A DNA stretch of 58,163 nucleotides from an uncultured Candidatus Saccharibacteria bacterium (GCA_964451085.1 CAYVHE010000001.1:1-58163); one strand, 5' to 3'; positions 28,520 through 38,871 are shown, counted from the stretch's first letter. Program-made: numbers and translations. Notes: generated by a model from the letters alone, not told the origin.

Positions 28520-30310
28520 ATGAGTGTATTATCTGCAGAAACTCAGAAAAAAATTATTCAAGCAGTTGTTGATGACGGCATAGTTTCTCCAGAAGAGATG
28601 AAGAAATTACGTTCTACTGCAGAAAAAAAGGAAGAACCGTTATTTTCTAACCTTGTTAGTGAGGGGATAATAACAGCTGAACAACTAACTAAAGCCACTG
28701 CTCGAGTTACTAAGGCGCCGTACGTTAATCTTTCTACGGCAAACATTGATGCAAAAAATCTATCCCTTATACCTCACGAAGTAGCCTCTAGGTATATGGC
28801 AGTACCGTTGGGTGAAAAAGATGGCAGAGTTGTAGTAGCGATGCTGGACGCCGATAACGTGCAAGCTGTAGATTTTTTGAGTAATAAAATAGGTAGGCCC
28901 CTAAAAGTATATTCGGCTAGCGAAGAGGGGATACAAAGGATCCTACATCAGTATGATGACGACATAGACCAGGATGTTGCATCAGTATTAGACACTCATC
29001 TTGCGGATCAGGAAACCGAGGAAAAGGCGGCTTCTTCACTAAAAGACCGTCAAATGGAAGCAGTTGTTAATGACTCTCCAATAAGTAAGGCTCTAACCGC
29101 GATTTTAGACTATGCTGCAAAAAATAAGGCTAGCGATATACACATAGAACCTTTAAAGGACGCTTTACTTATCAGAGTTAGGGTAGATGGAGTTTTAAGG
29201 GAGATGATGAGACTACCTAAACCTATCGAGGCTCCGTTAGTTTCAAGGATTAAGATACTGTCTAATCTTAAAATCGACGAGCATAGGATTCCTCAAGATG
29301 GTCAATTTTCAATTTCTAATAAAGGTAATAGTATAGACTTACGTATCGCTATTGCGCCTGTTGTCTGGGGTGAACAGGTGGTAATCAGACTATTAGATAA
29401 AAGCGGCACCAATTTAAAACTTGAGGATATGGGCTACGCAGGCCGCTCGTTACGCAGAATTAGGGAGGGCCTTAAACAGTCTAATGGAATGATATTAACT
29501 TCTGGTCCAACCGGATCAGGTAAATCTACTTCTTTGTATGCACTTTTACAGGAAATTAAAAGTGATGAGATTAACATAGTAACCCTTGAAGACCCTGTTG
29601 AATACAAAATGCCTGGCATAAACCAGATTCAAGTTAATCCAGGTGTCGGATTAACTTTTGCCTCCGGTCTTAGGTCAATTCTGCGTCAAGATCCAAACGT
29701 AGTTATGGTTGGAGAAATACGCGATAAAGAAACAGCAACTTTAGCTATTCAGGCTGCTCTAACTGGACACTTGGTATTCTCGACTCTTCATACTAACTCG
29801 GCAGCTGGTATATTGCCCAGGCTTCTAGATATGGGTATAGAACCCTTCTTAATCGCTAGCACAGTGCATACAGTTATAGGCCAAAGATTGGTAAGAAGAA
29901 ATGTTCCAGGTGGGGCCACCTATCAATCCAATAAAACTCAAACAGAGGCGATTCACTCTACATTAGGACACTTACTACCCTCCAATAAAGCAGAAATAGC
30001 TTCTGTTGCAAGTGACTTAGGATATTCTAGCTTGCCTCTTGCTAATCAAAACGCTTATACTTTAACTAAGGGTAAACAAACCCAGGAGGCGCCAGCAGGG
30101 CTGAAAGGTCGTATGGGGCTGTATGAGGTGTTTGGAGTAACAGAGGAAATCCAAAACTTAATCCTCAAACAAGCAACAAGTCTGGAAATACAAAAAGTAG
30201 CTCAATCTCAAGGCATGATAAGTATGCGAGAAGATGGCTATCTTAAGGCATTAGCAGGAATTACCACGATTGATGAAGTCAATCGGGTAGCTGCTGCGGA
30301 TTCGGTATAA
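28520..30310 (+). CDS. pilB: type IV pilus extension ATPase PilB (GspE family)
   Basis: T2SSE N-terminal domain, Walker A SGPTGSGKST, Asp box, Walker B and His box (TGHLVFSTLHTN). Confidence 0.92.
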   Translation: MSVLSAETQKKIIQAVVDDGIVSPEEMKKLRSTAEKKEEPLFSNLVSEGIITAEQLTKATARVTKAPYVNLSTANIDAKNLSLIPHEVASRYMAVPLGEKDGRVVVAMLDADNVQAVDFLSNKIGRPLKVYSASEEGIQRILHQYDDDIDQDVASVLDTHLADQETEEKAASSLKDRQMEAVVNDSPISKALTAILDYAAKNKASDIHIEPLKDALLIRVRVDGVLREMMRLPKPIEAPLVSRIKILSNLKIDEHRIPQDGQFSISNKGNSIDLRIAIAPVVWGEQVVIRLLDKSGTNLKLEDMGYAGRSLRRIREGLKQSNGMILTSGPTGSGKSTSLYALLQEIKSDEINIVTLEDPVEYKMPGINQIQVNPGVGLTFASGLRSILRQDPNVVMVGEIRDKETATLAIQAALTGHLVFSTLHTNSAAGILPRLLDMGIEPFLIASTVHTVIGQRLVRRNVPGGATYQSNKTQTEAIHSTLGHLLPSNKAEIASVASDLGYSSLPLANQNAYTLTKGKQTQEAPAGLKGRMGLYEVFGVTEEIQNLILKQATSLEIQKVAQSQGMISMREDGYLKALAGITTIDEVNRVAAADSV

Positions 30311-30311
30311 T

Positions 30312-31412
30312 ATGGTTCAAAAAAAGGAGAAAAAGGTGGCAAATGCAACGGCTCAACCAAGAATAGAAATTTTACTAGAAGAAGTGGTAAAAAAGAAAGC
30401 TTCAGATCTTCATTTACAAGTTGGACTAGCCCCAATGCTACGTATAGATGGGTCTCTGGCTCCTATATCTGGCACAGACGTTTTAACCGAGGAAGTTGTA
30501 GAAAATTTAGTTTTTGCAATTTTAGATGATGATCAAAAACAAATTCTTCTAAAGGACAAAGAGTTTGACTTTAGCTTTGCCTTTGGGGACTTAGGTCGTT
30601 TTCGTGTTAACGCCTTTCATGAAAGAGGTAATATCGCTGCAGCACTAAGGCTAATACCTAACGTAATACTTACCATAGAGCAACTTGGACTGCCACAGAC
30701 GGTTAATAAATTTGCAGATTATCCTAGAGGGTTAGTGCTAGTAACCGGTCCTACAGGATCAGGTAAATCCACTACGTTAGCTGCACTTGTTGATAAAATT
30801 AATAGCGAAAAGCCTCTTCATATAATTACTATTGAAGACCCAGTGGAATATACCCATACTTCTAAAAAATCTGTACTTGTCCAAAGAGAAGTTCATTATG
30901 ATACTTTTTCTTTCTCTGCAGCTCTAAGAAGTTCGCTAAGACAAGACCCAGATGTGGTTTTAATTGGGGAAATGAGAGATTTAGAGACAATAGCAAGCGC
31001 TATAACTATTGCAGAAACAGGACATCTAGTATTTGCAACTCTGCACACTAACTCTGCCGCTCAAAGTATAGATAGGATGATTGACGTTTTTCCTCCACAC
31101 CAACAACCACAAATTCGCTCGCAACTCAGTAATATATTAGCTGGTATCTGCTCGCAGCGATTAATTCCAGCAATTGGTGGAGGTAGAGTTCCTGCTGCGG
31201 AGATTCTAATTGCTACTCCTGCCGTAAGAAACATCATTAGGGAAGGCAAAACACATCAACTTGATGCGGTTATCCAAACTGGGTCTGAATTTGGAATGCA
31301 GTCTATGGATAAAACCCTGGTTGGTCTGATCCATTCGGGTTCTATAAGCTACGATGAGGCTCGCAATTATGCTGTTGATCCTGAGGAGTTAGATAGATTG
31401 ATGAGAGGATAA
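30312..31412 (+). CDS. pilT: type IV pilus retraction ATPase PilT
   Basis: 366 aa with GPTGSGKSTT, AIRNIIREGK-like (AVRNIIREGK) and GHLVFATLHTNSA motifs. Confidence 0.92.
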   Translation: MVQKKEKKVANATAQPRIEILLEEVVKKKASDLHLQVGLAPMLRIDGSLAPISGTDVLTEEVVENLVFAILDDDQKQILLKDKEFDFSFAFGDLGRFRVNAFHERGNIAAALRLIPNVILTIEQLGLPQTVNKFADYPRGLVLVTGPTGSGKSTTLAALVDKINSEKPLHIITIEDPVEYTHTSKKSVLVQREVHYDTFSFSAALRSSLRQDPDVVLIGEMRDLETIASAITIAETGHLVFATLHTNSAAQSIDRMIDVFPPHQQPQIRSQLSNILAGICSQRLIPAIGGGRVPAAEILIATPAVRNIIREGKTHQLDAVIQTGSEFGMQSMDKTLVGLIHSGSISYDEARNYAVDPEELDRLMRG

Positions 31413-31423
31413 TATAAAAAGCT

Positions 31424-32641
31424 ATGCTGACTTATAAATATACTGCTAGGGATTCATCCACGGGTAAAAAGGTTGAAGGTGAGATTCAGGCTGACTCAGA
31501 GCAGAGTGCGAGTAACGCAGTCAGAGACCAAGGTTACGCTTTATTATCAGTTCAGGCTATGGATTCAGGAAATGGGTTTGTTGAGTTCTTTAAAAACCGC
31601 GTAAAAACTAAAGATAAAGTTATATTTTCTAGGCAGCTAGCTACTCTAATTAACGCTGGCTTGCCTTTGGCGCAGAGTATTCGGTCGGTTTTGAACCAGA
31701 CTAAAAATAAAAGATTTAAGTTTATATTAACTAAAATTATTCAGGATATTGAATCGGGTAAAAGTTTCTCGGATTCTTTAGCCAAATATCCAGACGTTTT
31801 TAGCCAAGTATTTGTTAGTCTAATCGCAGCCGGAGAGGTCTCAGGAACCCTGGATACGGCCTTAGAAAGACTTGCAAATCAGCAGGAAAAAGATGCAGAG
31901 CTTGCCAGTAAAATTCGTGGTGCAATGATATACCCTATCATAGTTTTGCTCGTTATGGTTGGGGTTGTAGGATTCATGATTGTTAGTGTTTTGCCTCAGG
32001 TTGAAGAACTATACTCTGGTATACCAGGAGCTAGACTACCCTTACTCACAAGGGTACTCTTGGCAGTTTCTAGTTTTGTAACATCTTTTTGGTGGGTTGT
32101 TCTCTTGATACTCGGAATAGGTATATTTTTCGGGAATAGATGGGTACGAACAATTGGGGGAGAACAAGTGGTAGACAAGGCTAAGCTTAGTGTGTGGCCA
32201 TTTGGGCCTTTATTTAGAAAAGTGTATATGGCCAGATTTGCTAGAACAAGCACTACTCTAGTTGCTAGTGGAGTTCCACTACTGCAAGTTATGGAAATTA
32301 CAGCAAAAGCAATTGATAATGTGCATATTGAGGCCTCCATAAAGCGTGCCGCAGAAAAGGTTAAGGGCGGCAAAGCCCTATCCCTATCATTATCTGGTGA
32401 GGATAATTTTTTGGAACTTGTGCCTCAGATGATAAAAATTGGTGAAGATTCAGGGGCATTGGAAAATATGTTGGATAAAACAGCAGACTATTACGAAAAA
32501 GAGGTTGATGACCAAATTAAATCAATTTCAACAATTATAGAGCCGTTACTAATGGTAATTCTTGGTGTGGTAGCTATAACTATCGTAAGCGCAATATTAT
32601 TGCCTATCTACGGTTTGGTTGGACAGGGTATTGGTACTTAA
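31424..32641 (+). CDS. pilC: type IV pilus platform protein PilC
   Basis: 405 aa with two GspF repeats and three TM helices. Confidence 0.9.
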   Translation: MLTYKYTARDSSTGKKVEGEIQADSEQSASNAVRDQGYALLSVQAMDSGNGFVEFFKNRVKTKDKVIFSRQLATLINAGLPLAQSIRSVLNQTKNKRFKFILTKIIQDIESGKSFSDSLAKYPDVFSQVFVSLIAAGEVSGTLDTALERLANQQEKDAELASKIRGAMIYPIIVLLVMVGVVGFMIVSVLPQVEELYSGIPGARLPLLTRVLLAVSSFVTSFWWVVLLILGIGIFFGNRWVRTIGGEQVVDKAKLSVWPFGPLFRKVYMARFARTSTTLVASGVPLLQVMEITAKAIDNVHIEASIKRAAEKVKGGKALSLSLSGEDNFLELVPQMIKIGEDSGALENMLDKTADYYEKEVDDQIKSISTIIEPLLMVILGVVAITIVSAILLPIYGLVGQGIGT

Positions 32642-32735
32642 ATCTAAAGCACATAATGCTTGTGCTAAATGATAAATCACGATAAGATGGTTTTATACAG
32701 TAACTATATGTAAATTTAATAAGGGATGGGCTAAT

Positions 32736-33299
32736 ATGAAAAGTTTAAGAAGAGCGAAGAAACTATACGCAGGGTTTACTATAATTGAGGTTATGATTGT
32801 CTTGGCGATAGCGGGATTAATATTGGTATCCGTGCTTGTTGTTGTTCCTCAAGTCCAAAGAAACCAAAGAAATGAAACTAGGAAGTCAACGCTAACTCGT
32901 ATTGCGACTGAAATAGGTAATTATGAAGGAAATAATGTAGGTAAACTACCTGTAGCGGACAGCACTTCTGGTACAAAAAATTTCGCCAGTCCTCTAGCTC
33001 TGAAAGGCTTTTTTAATAGGTACCTCCAGTGTAGTGATGCATCTCCAGCAACTTGTGGAATCGACATTAACGATCCTAAAACAGGCTTCCCCGTTGGGTC
33101 TGGACCTGATGGCACTGTAAAAAGTGTAACAACTGCTGTAGATGATACGAGCGCAGAAGCAGGACCTGACCAAGGTGACCTCATGTACATTACGGGTGTG
33201 ATTTGTGATGGTGAGGCTTTAACGGCCGGGACCCCAAGAAATTATGCGCTTGAGATTCGTCTTGAGGGCGGTGCAGCATTTTGCGTAGATAATAAATAG
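32736..33299 (+). CDS. pilA: major type IV pilin
   Basis: Prepilin signal KKLYAG|FTIIEVMIVLAIAGL with Glu+5. Four Cys in the globular domain. Followed by a strong terminator. Confidence 0.8.
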   Translation: MKSLRRAKKLYAGFTIIEVMIVLAIAGLILVSVLVVVPQVQRNQRNETRKSTLTRIATEIGNYEGNNVGKLPVADSTSGTKNFASPLALKGFFNRYLQCSDASPATCGIDINDPKTGFPVGSGPDGTVKSVTTAVDDTSAEAGPDQGDLMYITGVICDGEALTAGTPRNYALEIRLEGGAAFCVDNK

Positions 33300-33322
33300 A
33301 CTTAGAGACAATTAAGATTTAG

Positions 33323-33376
33323 AAAATACGGTTTTATCCCAAGGTCTGTACAATGGGACAGAAACCGTATTTTTTT
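33323..33376 (+). terminator. intrinsic terminator after pilA
   Basis: AAAATACGGTTT (33323-34) pairs with AAACCGTATTTT (33362-73). An inner TCCCA/TGGGA helix is present, followed by a T7 run. Confidence 0.6.
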
Positions 33377-33392
33377 GTGTTATGATTATTTA

Positions 33393-34208
33393 ATGACAAT
33401 TCTTATGGCTATATATTTGTTCATTATTGGTATCAGTTTTGGTAGCTTTGCATTGGTTTTGGCAGACAGAATGCATGCCGGAAAAGATTGGGTAAAAGGA
33501 AGATCGCACTGCGACAAATGTAAAAAAACACTAGGAATAAAAGATTTAGTACCGATTTTAAGTTGGCTATCTTCTGGTGGTAAATGTCGCCATTGTGGAG
33601 TTACGCTATCCAAAGCATATCCTTTAGCCGAACTAGGGTTAGGGTTGGCTTTTGCATTATCTTTTGTGTCTTGGCCTTATGAACTGTCCGGAACGCGTCT
33701 AATAGCCCTGTTTGTGCTGTGGCTACTAGCTTTAGTGTTAATGAGTGCGCTCTTTATTTTTGACGTTAGGTGGTTTTTGCTACCAAATAAACTAGTTTAC
33801 CCTTTAATTATCGTTGGTTTTGCATGGGCTGTATTACAAATATCTATCCAGGGGTTTACGTCTGAGGTGCTTGTTGGCTATTTGATATCCGTCGCAATTG
33901 GCGGAGGAATATTCTTATTGTTATTCTTGGTGTCTAGTGGCAAATGGATTGGTGATGGAGATATAAGACTGGGCGTAGCAATCGGTTTATTTACCGGCAA
34001 TTGGGTACATTCTTGGCTGACTATTTTTATAGCTTCCGTAATTGGTGTTATCATCAGTTTGCCAACGCTCATTAAGACAAAAAACAAAAAAAAGGTCATG
34101 AAACTCAAAATGCCATTTGGTCCTATGCTAATTTTAGCTCTGTTAATAGTAGTCTTATTTGGTACTAGGATTATTGACTGGTACAGCAGTAGTCTTTTGC
34201 TAAGCTAA
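33393..34208 (+). CDS. pilD: prepilin peptidase / N-methyltransferase PilD (A24 family)
   Basis: Cys pairs CDKC...CRHC, catalytic Asp regions (FDVRWFLLP and GDGDIRLG), and a polytopic topology. ATG at 33393 is preferred to the tracked TTG at 33375. Confidence 0.85.
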   Translation: MTILMAIYLFIIGISFGSFALVLADRMHAGKDWVKGRSHCDKCKKTLGIKDLVPILSWLSSGGKCRHCGVTLSKAYPLAELGLGLAFALSFVSWPYELSGTRLIALFVLWLLALVLMSALFIFDVRWFLLPNKLVYPLIIVGFAWAVLQISIQGFTSEVLVGYLISVAIGGGIFLLLFLVSSGKWIGDGDIRLGVAIGLFTGNWVHSWLTIFIASVIGVIISLPTLIKTKNKKKVMKLKMPFGPMLILALLIVVLFGTRIIDWYSSSLLLS

Positions 34209-34237
34209 CAGATTAAGCTTATGCTATAATTCATACT

Positions 34238-35098
34238 ATGAAGAGAGCTAGTCAAAAGGGCTATACGATATTGGAGGTGATGATAGTCATTACCGTATCT
34301 GCGGCTATGTTTGTGGCGGCTGTAGTTTCTTTTAGCGGCAGAAATCAACAAGTTCAGTTTTCGCAGTCAGTCAGAGACTTGGAGTCCAAATTAAACGATA
34401 TAGTCAATGATGTAGCAGTTGGTTTTTTTGATAACCCTTCAGATTTGGTTTGCAGGGTAAGCGGTCCTGCTCCTGGCCAAGTAGATTTATCTATTGATAA
34501 CTCAAACCCTGCTAGTCTAGGGGAGTGTATCTTCTTAGGCAAAGTCTTGCAGTTTGCGCCAAATAATACGGGGGGCATCAAGGCAGGAATTATAAATGTC
34601 TACTCTGTATTAGGACGTAGAATAAGCGCCTCAGGTGCTGCGTCACTCTCATTGAGTGATGCTGAGCCAATATTGATAGGCAATACTGCTGACCCAGTAG
34701 ACCCGCTAAAGGATTTCGGGAAGTATGTACAGAGATATCAGTTGCAATGGGGTCTTACGATAACGGGAGTTGTCTATGACGGTAGTCCGGTAGAAGATTA
34801 TGGCGGTGTAGGGTTTTTCTCCTCATTTGCTAAAACTTTTAAAAGGGTAGACGTGTCTAATAATCAAGCTGTTAAGTACAGCTTTATACCAGCATCTAGT
34901 TTAGCAACAACAGAGGCCTCCTTTGTGAATAATGCAAATGGTAAAATAAAGTCATCATTAGATTTAGCGGGTAAAAAGGCAGTTACAGTTTGCGTAAAAA
35001 GTCCTGAGGGTAAGATTGCAGCTATAGTTTTAGGTGGAGATAATAGTACTTCTACTGAAATTCAATTCGATAATTATAATCCGGATGTTTGTAAATAA
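34238..35098 (+). CDS. pilin-like protein (minor pilin)
   Basis: Prepilin motif SQKG|YTILEVMIVITV with Glu+5. Confidence 0.7.
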   Translation: MKRASQKGYTILEVMIVITVSAAMFVAAVVSFSGRNQQVQFSQSVRDLESKLNDIVNDVAVGFFDNPSDLVCRVSGPAPGQVDLSIDNSNPASLGECIFLGKVLQFAPNNTGGIKAGIINVYSVLGRRISASGAASLSLSDAEPILIGNTADPVDPLKDFGKYVQRYQLQWGLTITGVVYDGSPVEDYGGVGFFSSFAKTFKRVDVSNNQAVKYSFIPASSLATTEASFVNNANGKIKSSLDLAGKKAVTVCVKSPEGKIAAIVLGGDNSTSTEIQFDNYNPDVCK

Positions 35099-35101
35099 TG
35101 A

Positions 35102-35560
35102 TTGGAAAAAAATATGATGAATACTAAATTTATATATCAAGCAGGAGACACTATCATAGAAGTAATGTTGGCCATGGCTTTAGTGGGGATGTCTTTGGGG
35201 GTTTCATATGGCATAGCAAATAGGGCAATCTCTACAGGCAGATCGGCTCAAGAAAGATCTGAAGCTTTGAAACTTGCAGAATCACAATTAGAACTAATTA
35301 AAACCGTTTCTAAAGAAGAGCTTCCAACATATAAAAATGCAAGCCAGAACTATTGTCTAATCGGTAATGACAGTACTATAACTCAGAATATTGATACTAG
35401 CTCATTATGTTTAGGTGAAAATAGAGATTCTCTGTATGATTTACGGCTTATTTATGTAGCAGTTGATGGCACAAATCCGGAGTTCTTTGAATCGTTAGTA
35501 ACTTGGATCTCTCCAAGCTCAGGAACGGACAACACAGTTAAACTAAGGTATAGGCCGTGA
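35102..35560 (+). CDS. pilin-like protein (minor pilin, Asp at +1)
   Basis: Motif YQAG|DTIIEVMLAMAL. TTG at 35102; ATG at 35114 is possible. Confidence 0.6.
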   Translation: MEKNMMNTKFIYQAGDTIIEVMLAMALVGMSLGVSYGIANRAISTGRSAQERSEALKLAESQLELIKTVSKEELPTYKNASQNYCLIGNDSTITQNIDTSSLCLGENRDSLYDLRLIYVAVDGTNPEFFESLVTWISPSSGTDNTVKLRYRP

Positions 35561-36252
35561 GAAAAGCTAATAAAAAAGCAGGCTTTACTATTATTGAGCT
35601 GATGCTAGCTATGGTGATATTCTCTTTGGTTTTAATGGGTGCTATGGCAGGGCTAGTACAAATAGGCAGGCTGTATTACCGAGGTATAACTTTTGCTAGA
35701 ACTCAGGCAATAAATAGGGCGATTGTTGATGAAATAAGCCAAGCGGTTCAATTTTCTAAAAGCCCAATATCGCTAGATACAGCAGCTACACTTAGTGGGC
35801 CACAAATAGATATTGGACAACCGTATACTACTTTTTTCTGTATTGGTCCTATCCGCTACAGTTATGCAGTTGATCGTAAGTTAACCAAAAATTCTGATCC
35901 TGGTAAAAAAGAAACATGGCATGCTATGTGGGCTGATGAACCTTCTGGTGGTTGTTCTCAGTTGTCAGGCTTCGCTGATCTAACCAAAGAAGACCCTTGC
36001 AATCTACCTACAGATAACTGTAGTAACGGTAGAGAACTGCTATCAGAAAATATGAGAATTTCCAAGCTTAACTTATCGGTTGGGCCTGATAATCGTATTT
36101 TTTCTATCGCTTTATCGTTAGCATATGGTGATGACGACCTACTTCAAGATGTTGACGGCAGACTTGTCTGTGAAGGAAAAGCAAATTCGGCCTCCGTTGG
36201 TTTTTGTGCTATATCTGAACTAGAAACTAGGGCAGTAAGAAGGGTACAATAG
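35557..36252 (+). CDS. pilin-like protein (minor pilin)
   Basis: Motif KKAG|FTIIELMLAMVIF. GTG start overlaps the upstream stop. Confidence 0.7.
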   Translation: MRKANKKAGFTIIELMLAMVIFSLVLMGAMAGLVQIGRLYYRGITFARTQAINRAIVDEISQAVQFSKSPISLDTAATLSGPQIDIGQPYTTFFCIGPIRYSYAVDRKLTKNSDPGKKETWHAMWADEPSGGCSQLSGFADLTKEDPCNLPTDNCSNGRELLSENMRISKLNLSVGPDNRIFSIALSLAYGDDDLLQDVDGRLVCEGKANSASVGFCAISELETRAVRRVQ

Positions 36253-36256
36253 TATT

Positions 36257-37315
36257 ATGTCTAAACAAGAACAGGGTTTCGTATCAATCATAGTAGCAGC
36301 TATCTTGATGGTTTTAATGTCTGTTGTAACTATAGGTTTTAGTAGAGCTATGCAACGGGAACAGCGTCAATCGCTGGATCGTCAATTAAGCTCACAGGCT
36401 TTTTACGCCGCAGAAACTGCGATAAATGATACTTACAATAAAATAATAAAGGACGGAAGCGTAGCTCCAATAGATTCATGTGACCCTAGCGACTTACCCA
36501 ATAAGGGGATTATTGATAAAGATGAACCAGATGTAGCATTTACGTGTTTGAGAATTGACCCTTCTCCATCTTCTCTGGAGTTTGATAATGGGAAGATAGC
36601 AACAACAGAATCAAAAGTTTTTCCGCTAAGCAGCAAGTCTGGTAGCGCTTTCAGTGATATTAAAATTGAGTGGGCTGGCGAAGGAGGCAATGATTTTGTT
36701 ACAAACTGTACAGGTGATTTACCGGTGAGTGGTTCTTCAACGGCATTACCAATTTTAAGATTTGATATGACGGCTTTATCAAACCAAGCAGGGGTTGGGG
36801 TAAGTACATCCAGAGCATCAATAAATAATAATAGTAAAACGTTTTTCTTTAGTCCTGTTAATGTTAGCGATTCTTGTAGTAGCGGAAAAACTTCCATTCC
36901 ATTTGCAACCACCGACAAGGGTATCGTAAAAGTTATTTGTGACCCAGCTAAAGACTATCCATGTTCTATAACATTAAATTTCCCATCAACATTAAAAACT
37001 TCAATTTCACCAGATACATACGGTAGTGACCCAGCCAATTATTACCTAGTAAGGGCTAAAGCTATTTATAATAATGCAAACATGAAAATTACCGGTAATA
37101 CGCCGTCGGGTGAGGCTAAGTTTATAGAGGCTCAAACAGTAGTTGACGCTACAGGTAGAGCTAATGACGTTTTAAGGAGAATTCAGATGCGCTTATCTAA
37201 TTACAAAGATTTCCCTGTTCCAGAAGGGTCTTTCCAGGGTTTTAGCGGTTTTTGTAAGCTACTAGAAGTTGCTCCGGCCGCAGTACCCGACATCACAAAT
37301 GTTCCTTGTAGCTAA
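36257..37315 (+). CDS. PilX/GspK-like large minor pilin lacking Glu+5
   Basis: Motif QEQG|FVSIIVAAILMVL with no Glu at +5. Has a 300-aa Cys-containing globular domain. Confidence 0.55.
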   Translation: MSKQEQGFVSIIVAAILMVLMSVVTIGFSRAMQREQRQSLDRQLSSQAFYAAETAINDTYNKIIKDGSVAPIDSCDPSDLPNKGIIDKDEPDVAFTCLRIDPSPSSLEFDNGKIATTESKVFPLSSKSGSAFSDIKIEWAGEGGNDFVTNCTGDLPVSGSSTALPILRFDMTALSNQAGVGVSTSRASINNNSKTFFFSPVNVSDSCSSGKTSIPFATTDKGIVKVICDPAKDYPCSITLNFPSTLKTSISPDTYGSDPANYYLVRAKAIYNNANMKITGNTPSGEAKFIEAQTVVDATGRANDVLRRIQMRLSNYKDFPVPEGSFQGFSGFCKLLEVAPAAVPDITNVPCS

Positions 37316-37339
37316 GAATCATACAGCCTTTTGCAAATT

Positions 37340-38263
37340 CTAACTTTCGGCCTTGCCGTGAAACTTTTGATGCACCGCTTTAAGGTGCGGATCTGTAACA
37401 TGTGTGTATATTTGGGTAGTAGATATGTTGCTGTGTCCTAACATCGCTTGTACGCTTCTTAAGTCTGCTCCATTCATCAATAAGTCAGTCGCAAAAGAAT
37501 GCCTTAAAGTATGCGGGCTTACATGTTTGGTTATGCCAGCAAGCAGGGCATACCGAGCAACTAATCTTTGGACACTTCTAGCTGTTAATCTATAAAAATT
37601 ACCACTAGTATTTACTTTTTTTGTACCACTGTAGCGTATAAATAATGGCTTTGAATTATCTTGTCGTTTTTCTATATATTTAGTAATCCACCAAGCAGCA
37701 TCCTCACTAATAAATATTGGTCGGTCTTTTTGACCTTTGCCCCTTACCATAAATTCTTTTCTTTTTAGGTTAATATTCTGTATATCCAGGCTAACTAATT
37801 CAGAAACCCTTAATCCGCTAGAAAACAACAGCTCTAGAATCGCTCGGTCCCTTAATCCGTTTATTGTAGTAACGTTGGGTGCTTTGAATAATCGTTCTAG
37901 CTCTTCGGGGTTTAAAAATGTTACTTGTTTTCTCTTGGCCTTGGCTAACTCTATTTTATCGGCTGGCATAGCTTTTATATCGCGTTTTGCACAGAACTTT
38001 AGAAAACTACGCAAAGCTATAAGATGATAGTTTTGGGTGCTTTTTTGTAACTCATCAGAGGTGTTAGTACCAAGTCGGTTTAACCATAGTCGCCATTTTC
38101 GTACCAGCTCTTGGTCGATATCGGCAATAGCTATGTCCCCGGCAAAATCTATAAGCCTAGTAAGGTAGTGGTCGTAGTTCTGGATAGTATTTTGGGAACG
38201 ATTTTGCTCTATCTCCAAATATTCTAAAAAATCTGTTTTTTTCTTTGCAAATAACATACCCAT
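37340..38263 (-). CDS. tyrosine recombinase, XerC/XerD family
   Basis: N-terminal SAM-like core-binding domain and a catalytic R...HxLRHSFAT...GH...Y (HTLRHSFATDLL, LGHSNISTTQIYTHV). Its 307 aa is typical of Xer recombinases. Confidence 0.85.
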   Translation of the reverse strand: MGMLFAKKKTDFLEYLEIEQNRSQNTIQNYDHYLTRLIDFAGDIAIADIDQELVRKWRLWLNRLGTNTSDELQKSTQNYHLIALRSFLKFCAKRDIKAMPADKIELAKAKRKQVTFLNPEELERLFKAPNVTTINGLRDRAILELLFSSGLRVSELVSLDIQNINLKRKEFMVRGKGQKDRPIFISEDAAWWITKYIEKRQDNSKPLFIRYSGTKKVNTSGNFYRLTARSVQRLVARYALLAGITKHVSPHTLRHSFATDLLMNGADLRSVQAMLGHSNISTTQIYTHVTDPHLKAVHQKFHGKAES

Positions 38264-38371
38264 TTAGTGTAGCGCAATAGCTAATATTGTGCGACATATA
38301 ATATCTTTTAATCCAAGGTGTTATAGTGGCCTCGTATCTGATACAATAGAGCCAATAAATAGGAAAAAATA

Positions 38372-38836
38372 ATGGAACGATCATTAATTATACTTAAGCC
38401 GGACACAATCCAAAGAGGATTAAGTGGTGAAATACTTACCAGATTTGAAAAAAAAGGTCTAAAAATTTTAGGGATTAAGATGATGCGGCTAGACAGCGCA
38501 CTCTTAAAAGCTCACTATGCACATATAGCTGACAAGCCATTTTATAAGGGAGTTGAGGAATTTATGAAAATCTCTCCAGTCATAGTTGTTGCACTAGAAG
38601 GTTATGAGTGCGTGAATTCAATCAGGATTTTATTGGGTGCTACTAACCCACGAGTAGCAGAAGCCGGAACTATTAGAGGAGATATGGCTATTGCAACAGG
38701 TAGAAATTTAGTACATGCATCGGACAGTAAAGAAAATGGAATTACAGAAATAAAGAGGTTTTTTAAGGATAGTGAGCTTTTTGAGTATGATAAGTCAGAA
38801 TATATGCATATTTATGAAGCCCATGAGAGGGAATAA
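38372..38836 (+). CDS. ndk: nucleoside diphosphate kinase
   Basis: ERSLIILKPD, and the active-site His in NLVHASDS. Confidence 0.9.
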   Translation: MERSLIILKPDTIQRGLSGEILTRFEKKGLKILGIKMMRLDSALLKAHYAHIADKPFYKGVEEFMKISPVIVVALEGYECVNSIRILLGATNPRVAEAGTIRGDMAIATGRNLVHASDSKENGITEIKRFFKDSELFEYDKSEYMHIYEAHERE

Positions 38837-38871
38837 TATACTACTCAGCGTGTAGCTGTTTGTAGTAATAA

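Noticed and set aside
38283-38315. dif-like site (TGTGCGACATATAATATC...) next to the xer gene.
   Set aside because: Only the XerC-arm half resembles dif. The conserved XerD arm (TTATGTTAAAT-like) is absent.
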